Assembly (NCBI GenBank): GCA_045655005.1
Contig: JAZOOJ010000019.1
Location: forward strand, 5,416-69,415
Direction: 5' to 3'
Origin: Clostridia bacterium
GTDB lineage: Bacteria > Bacillota > Clostridia > Christensenellales > UBA1242
Length of the DNA stretch: 64,000 nt
Shown: one piece after another, positions 27,183 to 36,458 of the stretch
How the letters are laid out: every line of letters begins with the position of its first letter
Position numbering within the stretch: position 1 is the first letter of the stretch
Notes under the pieces: model-generated
Databases searched by the model: none
Told to the model about the DNA's origin: nothing
The model's input: only the letters and a program-made list of their open reading frames with translations
Translations under genes and position numbers: made by a program

Positions 27183-30100
27183 TGACAAAAAAAATGAAAA
27201 AAAGTCCTCTTTGACAGAAGAACAATTAAGGTGTATTAATGAAAGGGGAGTAAATCTTTTAGTTTCTGCGTCGGCAGGCTCGGGAAAGACATTTGTAATG
27301 ATTGAGAGAATCAAAAAGATGATTGAAAATCACGAAGCAAGTGTCAATGAACTTCTGGTGGTAACATTTACAAAGGCCGCTGCAGGTGAAATGAAAGCAA
27401 GACTTGTTCAAGGTCTTGAAAAAATAGAAAATAAAGATGACTATATTAAAGAACAATTATTAGACATACAAAATGCAAGCATAAGTACCTTGCATAGTTT
27501 TTGCTCTAAACTTTTAAAAAGTTACTTTTACGTTCTAGGTATAGACCCTGCTTTTACTTTAATCGATGAAATTGAAAGTAATACACTTAAAGAAAAGGCT
27601 TATAGTAAACTTGTAGATAATGCATTTTTGCGTGGAGATGAAAAGTTTTTTCAATTGTTTGATATGTTTGCAATCAACAGGAAAGAAGACAATTTTAAAG
27701 ATACAATAAATAAATTTTATGAATTTTTATTGACTTTGGTTGATTCGGATTCTTGGTTTAATGAAATGATAAAAAGTACATACAACCAAGATTTAACTAA
27801 AAATGTCTGTGCAAGTTTTATAAACAACTACTTTGTGCAGAAGTTCAATCATTTAAGGAAGTGTGCTGATGTAATACTTACAGACGGAATTGTAAGAGAA
27901 AACGAGAAGTTGGTTACATACATAAATTCTTTATACTTAAACCTTTTGAAAATAAAAGAAGGTAGGTCGTTTATTGAAAACAGAAAGGGTGCGGAAAGTT
28001 TTGAAATCATACCAAGAATGCCTACGCTAAAAGATGACTATGCTTACTTAAAGCCTGATATTGATAAACTTAAAGACGCAACAAAGAAATTAATAAAAGA
28101 AGCCTATGAAAATTATGCAGGGCATTCAGAAGATGTAATTAAAACAAAGATTTCTATTACAAAAGAACATATAATCGCTCTTTACAATTACACAAGAGAG
28201 TTTGAGAAAATATATGCAGACTTAAAGAAAGAAAAAGTTGCATTGGATTTTTCGGATTTGGAACAATATACAATTAAGTTGTTAAAGGACGAAACAATAA
28301 GAAAATCCATTCAAGAAAAGTATAAGTTTGTCTTTGTTGATGAGTATCAAGATACAAATGCAATTCAAGAGGCAATAATTCAAGGAGTGTCAAGAGAAAA
28401 TAATCTGTTTATGGTAGGCGATGTAAAGCAAAGTATTTACAGATTTAGAGCTTCTGAACCACAGATATTTGTCGACAAGTTTAATAGTTATAGTAAAGGT
28501 TTGGCAAAAAAATCTAAGGCTATAAAATTGAATGCAAATTTTAGAAGCAATAAAGATGTTTTAGATTTTTCGAATGAAGTTTTCAGTCGTGCAATGACCT
28601 CTGCGTTTGGTGGTGTTGACTATATTCAAGACGCTATGTTTATTAAGGGTGGAGATAAAGATGAAGTCTTTAATACTCAGTACCCTGTGGTAAATGTTAA
28701 CATCATAAAGTCGGAAAAAGAAGATAGTGATGATGACGATGAAGATTTGTTGGAAGAAAGATTGCCAGTTTACAGTGTGTTAAATGGTGAAGAGTTGTCA
28801 AAAGAAAGTGTAAAAAAAGCCGAGTGCGAAGGAAATATTGTAGTTAATGCTATAAAAGAACTTTTGACGAAAGATATAATTGGTGCAAAAGATAAAGTAA
28901 AACGTAAAATTGAATTTAAAGATATTGCGATTTTGTCTTCAAGCAGAGGTGAATATTTACAAACTATATTGAAACAATTAGAGAATGCAAATATTCCATA
29001 TACATCAGACATCAAAGAAAATATTTTTGACAATCCTGACATTTATGTTTTGAAATCATTTTTAGAGCTTGTTGATAATAAAAATCAAGATGTTCCATTG
29101 CTTGCTGTTTTGCAATCAAATATGTTTCAATTTACAACAAATGAACTTGCGTTAATTCGTCAATCTAACAGAGAAACAAAGTTTTATTATGAAGCTTTTT
29201 ACAATGCTTGTGAAAACGAAAAAGTTTCAATTTCTTTAAAGAAAAAAGTTTTAGATTTTATTAATGTGTTAGCGTATTTTAATTTCCTTAGCCAATTCAC
29301 AACGGTCAATGTGCTAATTCAAAGAGTGCTGGAAGAAACAGGTTTTGAAAATGAAATTTTGAAGAAAAATGGCGGTTCTAAGACTATTGCAGATATTGAA
29401 AAACTTAAATCTTTCATAAATGGGAAGAGTTATAACGCAACACTTACAGAATTTTTGATGAACATAAAAGAAAATGAGATTTCTTTTGAAAGTGATGCCA
29501 ATGAAAATTCGGTTGTTGTGACAACAATTCACAAAAGTAAGGGGCTTGAATATCCAGTAGTAATCATTGTTGGGTGTGGGCAAAAGTTGGTAAACAGGAA
29601 AGACGCATCTGATTTTATTCCGTCGAAAGGATTGGGAGTTGGAATACCGTTTTTTGATTGTGAATCAAGAATAAAAACGGGCTCGATTTGTTATAATGCT
29701 GTAAAACTTGAAAATATCGCACAAAACTTGGAAGAAAAACTAAGGTTGTTTTATGTTGCTCTAACAAGAGCAGTTAATAATCTAATAATTGTCGGGTGCG
29801 TTGGGAAGAATAATCAAATAACTGAAGCGTCAATGGCGAAAACTTTTTTAGACTGGGTTAATCCAGTAATTGACGCTAAGCAAAATGGTGGTATGTCAAG
29901 TTTCTTTGATTTTAAAGTTAATTATTTTGACTTGTCACGAATGATAGATGAAAACGAAACAAAAGAACTTGAACAAACCTATCAATTTGATAAGCCAAAT
30001 GAAGAGCTTATGAAAATTGTTAAAAATGTAGTTGAGTACAAATATGCCTTTGAAGAGGCTTGCAAAATGCCGGTAAAAACAAGCGTGAGTGAACTTTTAA

Positions 30101-30651
30101 AAGAAGAAAAAGATGAGGTGTATATCCCAAGATTGTTTAATGGCGCTGGCAATGAAGACGCAATCAAAAAAGGTCTTACTTATCACAAAATTATGCAGTA
30201 TATTGACTTTAATTTAAAAAGTGAGGAAGAGTGTATACGCTGTATTCAAAATATGGTAAGCAAAGAGATTTTGGACATTTCAGAGTTTAATCTTGTGAAT
30301 ATAAAAGAAATCTGGAAATTGCTTTCTAATAAGCAATTTGTAGAACTTACAAAGGGCAATGTAATGCGTGAAAAAGAATTCATTGCACTAACTAAAATTT
30401 CAAGCGGGAAGGCAAATAAAAGTAGTGATAGTGTTTTATTGCAAGGTGTTGTCGACTTTGTATCAGTACTTGGGAATAGTGTGGTAGTTGTAGATTTTAA
30501 AACCAACAACTGGAAAGATGAGAATAGATATATTGCAAATTATGCAACCCAACTCAATATGTATTCTCAAGTGTTGGGAGAAAGTTTGGGACTGAAAGTA
30601 CACAAGAGATATTTATATTCATTTACTCTTGGTAAATTTATTGAGGTCTAA
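27169..30651 (+). CDS. addA: Helicase-nuclease AddAB, subunit AddA
   Basis: 1160 aa. UvrD-type Walker A ASAGSGKTFVM, motif II VDEYQDTN, TIHKSKGLEYPVV, and a C-terminal nuclease VVDFKTN. Confidence 0.93.
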   Translation: MAKSNDKKNEKKSSLTEEQLRCINERGVNLLVSASAGSGKTFVMIERIKKMIENHEASVNELLVVTFTKAAAGEMKARLVQGLEKIENKDDYIKEQLLDIQNASISTLHSFCSKLLKSYFYVLGIDPAFTLIDEIESNTLKEKAYSKLVDNAFLRGDEKFFQLFDMFAINRKEDNFKDTINKFYEFLLTLVDSDSWFNEMIKSTYNQDLTKNVCASFINNYFVQKFNHLRKCADVILTDGIVRENEKLVTYINSLYLNLLKIKEGRSFIENRKGAESFEIIPRMPTLKDDYAYLKPDIDKLKDATKKLIKEAYENYAGHSEDVIKTKISITKEHIIALYNYTREFEKIYADLKKEKVALDFSDLEQYTIKLLKDETIRKSIQEKYKFVFVDEYQDTNAIQEAIIQGVSRENNLFMVGDVKQSIYRFRASEPQIFVDKFNSYSKGLAKKSKAIKLNANFRSNKDVLDFSNEVFSRAMTSAFGGVDYIQDAMFIKGGDKDEVFNTQYPVVNVNIIKSEKEDSDDDDEDLLEERLPVYSVLNGEELSKESVKKAECEGNIVVNAIKELLTKDIIGAKDKVKRKIEFKDIAILSSSRGEYLQTILKQLENANIPYTSDIKENIFDNPDIYVLKSFLELVDNKNQDVPLLAVLQSNMFQFTTNELALIRQSNRETKFYYEAFYNACENEKVSISLKKKVLDFINVLAYFNFLSQFTTVNVLIQRVLEETGFENEILKKNGGSKTIADIEKLKSFINGKSYNATLTEFLMNIKENEISFESDANENSVVVTTIHKSKGLEYPVVIIVGCGQKLVNRKDASDFIPSKGLGVGIPFFDCESRIKTGSICYNAVKLENIAQNLEEKLRLFYVALTRAVNNLIIVGCVGKNNQITEASMAKTFLDWVNPVIDAKQNGGMSSFFDFKVNYFDLSRMIDENETKELEQTYQFDKPNEELMKIVKNVVEYKYAFEEACKMPVKTSVSELLKEEKDEVYIPRLFNGAGNEDAIKKGLTYHKIMQYIDFNLKSEEECIRCIQNMVSKEILDISEFNLVNIKEIWKLLSNKQFVELTKGNVMREKEFIALTKISSGKANKSSDSVLLQGVVDFVSVLGNSVVVVDFKTNNWKDENRYIANYATQLNMYSQVLGESLGLKVHKRYLYSFTLGKFIEV

Positions 30652-30689
30652 TAAATATTTATTAAAAATTTCAAAAAGGCTAAAATATA

Positions 30690-30719
30690 TTCGACAAAAA
30701 AAATTTATCGTGTTATAAT
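30690..30719 (+). promoter_or_regulatory. Extended -10 promoter of the 30752 gene
   Basis: TCGACA (30691-30696), 17 nt spacer, TGtTATAAT with the -10 hexamer at 30714-30719. Confidence 0.5.
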
Positions 30720-30751
30720 TTTTATAAATTTACACGTAATTGGAGAAATCT

Positions 30752-31849
30752 ATGTTTGAGTTACTAAGAACGGCTTTTAAGCTTGCAGTAACCAATTTGA
30801 CATTAAATAAGTTGGTTTTATGTGGTTTAATTGCACTTTTTGTGATGATATGTTGGAGCGTATTTTCGTTATTATTTAATAACCAAGTACGTATGCGTAA
30901 AAATTGCGTGGAAATTATAAGATTTTTGCGTAATAATCCAATTTCTGCTGACAATTACCCAAAGTTTATTGGAATGTGGCAAAATTTTCCACTTGCTATG
31001 AAGTTTGAATGGAAAAGATATGAGATTAAGAAGGTGGGCAGACCAAGCGATTATTTAAAACGCGAAGAATGTGTTGATTTTTCAATTCAAGGTGGCTTGC
31101 AAAGACAAAATCGCTCGCTTATGAGAACGGTTATTGCAATAGTTACTGTATTGGCGGGATTGTGCTCTGTTGCAATGATTGGCTCAACATCAGCTGTAAT
31201 GAAAACAAATGTTCCGCTTACTACAACACTAATTGCAGATATGTTGTTGGTGCCGTTTTTAATCTACATTTTGTTAATGCTAAATTACTATATCTACACA
31301 TCAATTCGCCATCAACAATACAGGTTACTTGTAGAAGTATTTTATGATTTTGTTGACATTTTGGACGAAAAGGTTGATTTAGTTGATGTGTTTGGAGGAG
31401 AAGGAAACACAGCAAGGTTAATTGCGTCTGTCTATGTGAATGAAACTGAACAAATGTTGATTGAAGAAGCAAGAAAAATCAGAAATAATGAAATACAAAC
31501 AGAGGAGATTCGTGCAAGTAAAACCCAATTAACTCCACTTAAAGCGGGGGTTTTGGGTGTAAGTGATGCGGAAGATATTACTGAGGATAATGTTATAGAA
31601 ACGACCATGCTTGTTTCCAATAAGTTGTCTGATGAAAATCACAAAACTGAACAAATGATAATGAATGAAGATGAATTTCTAACTACGGTTGGAGAAGTTG
31701 AAAGTCTTTTGTCTGAACTCGATGAGGAACCAAGTAAAACTAAAAAGGTTGAAATCGAGAAAAAGGTGAACAGCAAGATAAAGGCTTTGACGGATTACAA
31801 GCAAAAAGCTAAAATTGTAAAAGAAAGCTCAAAAAAAGATAATTATTAA
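30752..31849 (+). CDS. Hypothetical membrane protein (3 TM segments plus an acidic helical tail)
   Basis: The start is refined to ATG 30752 (GGAG 7 nt upstream). TM segments lie near residues 20-45, 130-150 and 165-190, followed by about 170 aa of E/K-rich sequence. I recognise no family. Confidence 0.55.
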   Translation: MFELLRTAFKLAVTNLTLNKLVLCGLIALFVMICWSVFSLLFNNQVRMRKNCVEIIRFLRNNPISADNYPKFIGMWQNFPLAMKFEWKRYEIKKVGRPSDYLKREECVDFSIQGGLQRQNRSLMRTVIAIVTVLAGLCSVAMIGSTSAVMKTNVPLTTTLIADMLLVPFLIYILLMLNYYIYTSIRHQQYRLLVEVFYDFVDILDEKVDLVDVFGGEGNTARLIASVYVNETEQMLIEEARKIRNNEIQTEEIRASKTQLTPLKAGVLGVSDAEDITEDNVIETTMLVSNKLSDENHKTEQMIMNEDEFLTTVGEVESLLSELDEEPSKTKKVEIEKKVNSKIKALTDYKQKAKIVKESSKKDNY

Positions 31850-31875
31850 ATAAATATTTTAAGAAGGTGTATACT

Positions 31876-32085
31876 ATGAAAAAGAAAACTGAAATTAAAA
31901 AGACAATGACTCTTGATGAAGTTTTAAGAATTAATCCAAACTTTGAAAGAATTTTGCTTGGTTTTGGTATGCATTGTTTAGGATGTCCTTGCAGTAGGGC
32001 TGAAACAATTGAAGAAGCAAGTATGGTTCACGGGTTTGATGTTCAAGTTTTACTAGACAAATTAAATGAAGAATTAAACAAATAA
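31876..32085 (+). CDS. DUF1858 / hybrid-cluster-protein-associated redox disulfide domain protein
   Basis: TLDEVLRINPNFERILLGFGMHCLGCPCSRAETIEEASMVHGFDVQVLLDKLNE is the canonical motif GMHC.GCP....E.IEEA...HG. Confidence 0.8.
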   Translation: MKKKTEIKKTMTLDEVLRINPNFERILLGFGMHCLGCPCSRAETIEEASMVHGFDVQVLLDKLNEELNK

Positions 32086-32092
32086 TTTTTAA

Positions 32093-33997
32093 ATGGATGA
32101 AAAACGTATGAAAAGATTTTTAAAGTTGATTTTGACTTTTTCGATTTTTATGTTTTCGGGCTTGTTGCTTAGTGGTTGCGATGACGACATTATATTAGTT
32201 GTTGGCGTAGACTTTTATCAAGAGCAAGTTTTAGTGTCAGTTGGAGAACAACTGGACTTGTCACATAAAGTTTATCCAAGCAATGCAACGAATGCGAAGG
32301 TAACTTATTGGAGCTCAGATCCAAACATTGCAACGGTTGATGAGGCTGGTCATGTTACGGTAAAAGATTCTGGTGAGGCTTTGATTGCAATTCGTACCGT
32401 TGATGGCGGATTCGAAGACTTTTGTAAGATTGTTACAAATATTGACCCAGATGAAATTAAGTGGAACACATCTGACGGAAGAATTGTTCCGGTAGATAAT
32501 GAAGAATACAGCGGTGAAACAACGGTTGCTATTGGTCAAGTCATAAAACTTGAAGTTGATTATTTGATTGATGGTCTTATAAGTGAAGAGGTTACAAATA
32601 AGGATATAACATTTACTTCTTCTAATCCTGAGAATGTAGAAGTAATAAATGCAAAAGAGGGAATTTTAAGAGCAATTGACAGCAATGTTAGAAATGCAGA
32701 CAATATACCTTATTCATACATTACAGCTACATTAAAGACTGCTAAAGGTGAAAAGAAGTTGGTTTGCAGAGTCTCTGTAAACGAATATACAACTGTTGAC
32801 AAGTTATTTGTTAACAGTGTTGAAGGCGATGAAGAAATTTTAATGAATCGTGACGGAAGTGAAAAACTTTACCTTGATGCAGAAGACAACATTGGTATTG
32901 AGTATTATGCATATTTGTTAAATGCATCAAACTTTAAAAAGACTGACTATGATATGACATTGAGAAGTTCAGACGAAGAAGTCTTTACAATTAAGAATGC
33001 TTATGCATCTAATAATGTAATGTATTTTAGATTACTTCCAATAAAAGAAGGTTCGGCAAATTTATTTGTAGATACAACTTGCTATAATGAAAATGGAAAA
33101 CAGGTTAGTGCTGTTATAAATGTTATTGTTCAAGCTGCAGTTGATAAGGTTCAAGTAAGTGCGTCAAATAAAAAAGAAACAACTCTTGGTGACGCATTAA
33201 ATCACGAAATTGTTGTTTCTGGTGATATATTCAGTATAGATTTTGAATATTTTGATGAAGACAATAAAAAAATTGAAAATGCTGAAAGAGAAGTTTATTT
33301 CTTTGATACAAACAGTTATTGTATTTATGATCCCGTAACTGGCAAATATATTTATAATGTTAAGTATGACAATGGTGAATTTAAACAAGGCAGTACAAAA
33401 ATTGAAATGACAGGAAGGGCAAATGATATTTCTGATGACAAAATCATAGTCGCAGGTCCTTGCGCTGATTATATTACTTTGTGCGGAGATAATAAATATA
33501 AAGTATCGTCAGTACCAGATGATATTAATCAAGTATTTTGTATACAAGGTTATGTTGCAAAGGAAAATCATTCTGATATAAATAAAGAAGAAAATAGAAC
33601 ATATTTCTGTTATTTCTTCTATATTAGAAATGAATTGCAAGGAATTATTGCTACAAAGCAAGAAGCAACCAAAGATGGGAATGACCAAATCGATAAAATT
33701 CCAATGACTGGAGGTATTGATGAAGTAACAATTTTATCTCGCTCAAGCGAAGATGTTTATGTTTATACCTTTGCATTTTTCAGTGAGGATACAATCCCTG
33801 CAAATATTACCTATACAATTTCTGATGAAAGTTTAATTTCGGTATCTTGTGACGGAAACAAATATACAATCGCAAGTGTGGTTCCTGCCGGGGCGGGAAG
33901 TGATGTTTATCCTCAAGGGGAGGGAATGGTTACGTTTATAGCGACTGATGGAGAAAAGACCGTTTCCATTGATGTTTTAGTTCACATAGTACGCTAA
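32093..33997 (+). CDS. Surface lipoprotein with bacterial Ig-like (Big_2) domain(s)
   Basis: Lipobox LLLSGC. Big_2 signature VTYWSSDPNIATVDEAGHVTVKDSGEALIAIRTVDG. Confidence 0.7.
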   Translation: MDEKRMKRFLKLILTFSIFMFSGLLLSGCDDDIILVVGVDFYQEQVLVSVGEQLDLSHKVYPSNATNAKVTYWSSDPNIATVDEAGHVTVKDSGEALIAIRTVDGGFEDFCKIVTNIDPDEIKWNTSDGRIVPVDNEEYSGETTVAIGQVIKLEVDYLIDGLISEEVTNKDITFTSSNPENVEVINAKEGILRAIDSNVRNADNIPYSYITATLKTAKGEKKLVCRVSVNEYTTVDKLFVNSVEGDEEILMNRDGSEKLYLDAEDNIGIEYYAYLLNASNFKKTDYDMTLRSSDEEVFTIKNAYASNNVMYFRLLPIKEGSANLFVDTTCYNENGKQVSAVINVIVQAAVDKVQVSASNKKETTLGDALNHEIVVSGDIFSIDFEYFDEDNKKIENAEREVYFFDTNSYCIYDPVTGKYIYNVKYDNGEFKQGSTKIEMTGRANDISDDKIIVAGPCADYITLCGDNKYKVSSVPDDINQVFCIQGYVAKENHSDINKEENRTYFCYFFYIRNELQGIIATKQEATKDGNDQIDKIPMTGGIDEVTILSRSSEDVYVYTFAFFSEDTIPANITYTISDESLISVSCDGNKYTIASVVPAGAGSDVYPQGEGMVTFIATDGEKTVSIDVLVHIVR

Positions 33998-34025
33998 AAT
34001 TGCATAAATAAGTAATAGAATAAAA

Positions 34026-34062
34026 TAGTCTCAAAATGTGATATTTTGAGACTACTTTTTTT
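34026..34062 (+). terminator. rho-independent terminator
   Basis: Hairpin tagtctcaaaat / attttgagacta followed by TTTTTTT. Confidence 0.8.
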
Positions 34063-34072
34063 ACCTTAGATA

Positions 34073-34101
34073 TTGACAAATTAAAAGTTGTGTTGTATAA
34101 T
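34073..34101 (+). promoter_or_regulatory. sigma-A consensus promoter
   Basis: TTGACA (34073-34078), 17 nt spacer, TATAAT (34096-34101). Confidence 0.7.
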
Positions 34102-34144
34102 ATGGTCACAAAAAAATAATATAATATTTCGGGGGATATATATT

Positions 34145-36316
34145 ATGAAAAAAAGAATTTTCTTAATAGTCTCATCAATTGTATGTTGCTTAGTATCTTT
34201 ATCACTTGTTGTTTATACTATTGCTAAAGCTACTCAAACTACATCTTCAAATGTACCAGGTGGTAAGGATAATCCTACAACTGATGTATCAAAACCTAAT
34301 TATGAAGATGCTGTAAATACTCAAAATATTGAATACAATTTGATTGTAGGCGATAGTTTTATCGATGAAATTTTACTTTCTAACGCAGACTCAATGCCAA
34401 GTATTTTAGGAGTTTCAAACAACAGTGTTGTAGCAAAAAAATCTGGCGAAGAAATATTTGTGGTTGAAGCAAATGGTGTTAGATATAATTATGATGTTAA
34501 AGTTTGGGCTAAGGGTAATGGTACTCAAGAAGATCCATATAACATCATAAGAATTAAAGACTTAGAAGAATATGTTGCTGATGATAAATCAAAGAAGACT
34601 TATTACATTCAAAGAACAGACTTGGACTTAGCAGGTCAAAACTGGATTCCTCTTGGAAACGAAGAAAAGCCATTTAACGATAGCTTTGATGGTAATGGTT
34701 ATGCAATTAAGAATATGAGTATCGTTGTTAACGAAGAAAATATTGCAGATTTTACCTGTGATGCACATGGTTATACTTCAATGCATTTAGGGTTCTTTGG
34801 ATATGTACATTCAGCTGAAATTAACAATGTAACTATTGAAAACGCTACAATTGATACAACAGAAATTGATAATATTGATATAAGAGCGGATTACACAATC
34901 GGAAGAATGTTTGTTGGTGCTCTTGCAGGCTATACTCATAATACAAAAATTAATGGTGGCGACAAAAATATTTCTGCAACAATTAAATCTTCGGCTGGCG
35001 ACCATGATGGTATTGACGGAGCTGTTGGTGGTGCGATAGGAATGCTTACAGGTGCTTCATTAATGAAAGATTACAGCGTTAATTCTGTAATCAACGCATC
35101 AGATGTTGCTTATATTAAAGATGAAGTTAATTATGGTGCAAACGCTGCTGGTTTAGTTGGTGTATTAAAAGGTTCTCAAATACAAAATTGTACAGTAGAT
35201 GCTGATATTACTATTGGTAATTACGAAAATGCGAAGGCTGCTGGTGCAGTTGTAAATGTTGTCGGCAACTCTTCTATCAAAAAATTAATTATAGAGAAAG
35301 CTAATATTCAAATCAACAAAGTAGTAAAAAATGCTGAAAAATGCATAAGAATGGCTGGTGCTATTGACTATGTTGAAAGTGGCTCTAAGGTTATATACGC
35401 ACAAGTTAATAACGCAAATATTTATGGAATTACTTGCGGGCAAGTTTCTGGTTTTGTGTCAATGAATAATGGTACAATTACTAATTGTTCGGTAAATGGT
35501 ATACTTAAAGGTGTTTATGTTGCCGGTTTATCCGATACGAACAATGGAACTATTAAATATACAAATGGTGATGATGCTGTAAATGTTGAGATTCACGCTC
35601 AATTATGGGGTTCTGGTTTAGTTAACGATAACCGTGGCACAATACAAGGTGTAAATGATAAGACAGCAGTAAACGCTTCAATTTATTGGTACAAGGTCGC
35701 TGAAAAGTACTTTGACAGTAAAAACTCAATGTTTGCTGGTATTGCAACTATTAATAGTGGAAAAATTACAAACCTTTACGTAATTGCTAATATGTATGAA
35801 GCTGTTAATGCTGGTGGTGCTATTGGTTGGACAAAGAAAGGCGAAGTGGATGCTGAACTTTCAAATGTTGAAGTTTATACAACAGTTAGAACAATTAAAG
35901 AAAACGGCAATTCAAAAATTCAAACTTATACAATTGGTGGAATTGTTGCTATTATGGATAATGACTCAAGTTTGAAAATAGATAGTGTTGAAGCAAAGAT
36001 GAGCGTTAACGCAAAAGCAATTTCTGCTTACAAATATACACTTGATGTGTTTGGTGCTTTTGTTGGAAGATGTTTGGGTGCTTTAAATATTGGAGAAGGT
36101 GTTAATGTTGGCGTTTCTGTTTATGCAAATGACACATTGAATGTTAACGAAGAAACAAAAGATTGTGCACGTATCGCTTTAATTGGTGAAATTAAGTCCG
36201 CTGTTATAGCAGAATTGGATGTAGAGCATATAGTAACTAAGGTTTATGGTAATGTGAATGTAAACGGCACAGCAAAAAGCATTAAGACTTATCCATCATA
36301 TTATGCAGTAGATTAA
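34145..36316 (+). CDS. Membrane-anchored surface protein, GLUG-motif / beta-helix adhesin-like
   Basis: The start is refined to ATG 34145 (GGGGG RBS), because the ORF-track start at 34088 lies inside the promoter. There is an N-terminal TM anchor. The module GNGTQEDPYNI..IKDL.....DLDLAGQNWIPLG....F.DSFDGNGYAIKNMSI is followed by many G-rich A/V/N repeats (VGALAGY, VGGAIGM, AAGLVGV). Confidence 0.6.
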   Translation: MKKRIFLIVSSIVCCLVSLSLVVYTIAKATQTTSSNVPGGKDNPTTDVSKPNYEDAVNTQNIEYNLIVGDSFIDEILLSNADSMPSILGVSNNSVVAKKSGEEIFVVEANGVRYNYDVKVWAKGNGTQEDPYNIIRIKDLEEYVADDKSKKTYYIQRTDLDLAGQNWIPLGNEEKPFNDSFDGNGYAIKNMSIVVNEENIADFTCDAHGYTSMHLGFFGYVHSAEINNVTIENATIDTTEIDNIDIRADYTIGRMFVGALAGYTHNTKINGGDKNISATIKSSAGDHDGIDGAVGGAIGMLTGASLMKDYSVNSVINASDVAYIKDEVNYGANAAGLVGVLKGSQIQNCTVDADITIGNYENAKAAGAVVNVVGNSSIKKLIIEKANIQINKVVKNAEKCIRMAGAIDYVESGSKVIYAQVNNANIYGITCGQVSGFVSMNNGTITNCSVNGILKGVYVAGLSDTNNGTIKYTNGDDAVNVEIHAQLWGSGLVNDNRGTIQGVNDKTAVNASIYWYKVAEKYFDSKNSMFAGIATINSGKITNLYVIANMYEAVNAGGAIGWTKKGEVDAELSNVEVYTTVRTIKENGNSKIQTYTIGGIVAIMDNDSSLKIDSVEAKMSVNAKAISAYKYTLDVFGAFVGRCLGALNIGEGVNVGVSVYANDTLNVNEETKDCARIALIGEIKSAVIAELDVEHIVTKVYGNVNVNGTAKSIKTYPSYYAVD

Positions 36317-36331
36317 GTTTAATAGAAAAAT

Positions 36332-36367
36332 TACTAGGGAGAAAAATCTTCCTAGTATTTTTTTTTA
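36332..36367 (+). terminator. rho-independent terminator
   Basis: Hairpin tactaggga / tcctagta followed by a 10-nt T-run. Confidence 0.75.
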
Positions 36368-36458
36368 TTTCTTATGAAATAACTCAAAATTATTTGACTT
36401 ATATTTTTAAAATATTTAAACTAATAATGTAACATACTAATATAAAAAAATAGGTTAA

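Noticed and set aside
30752-31849. Zorya ZorA / MotA-like stator protein
   Set aside because: The topology is vaguely similar, but I could not see the conserved TM motifs, and no ZorB/MotB-like or other defence partner gene is adjacent.
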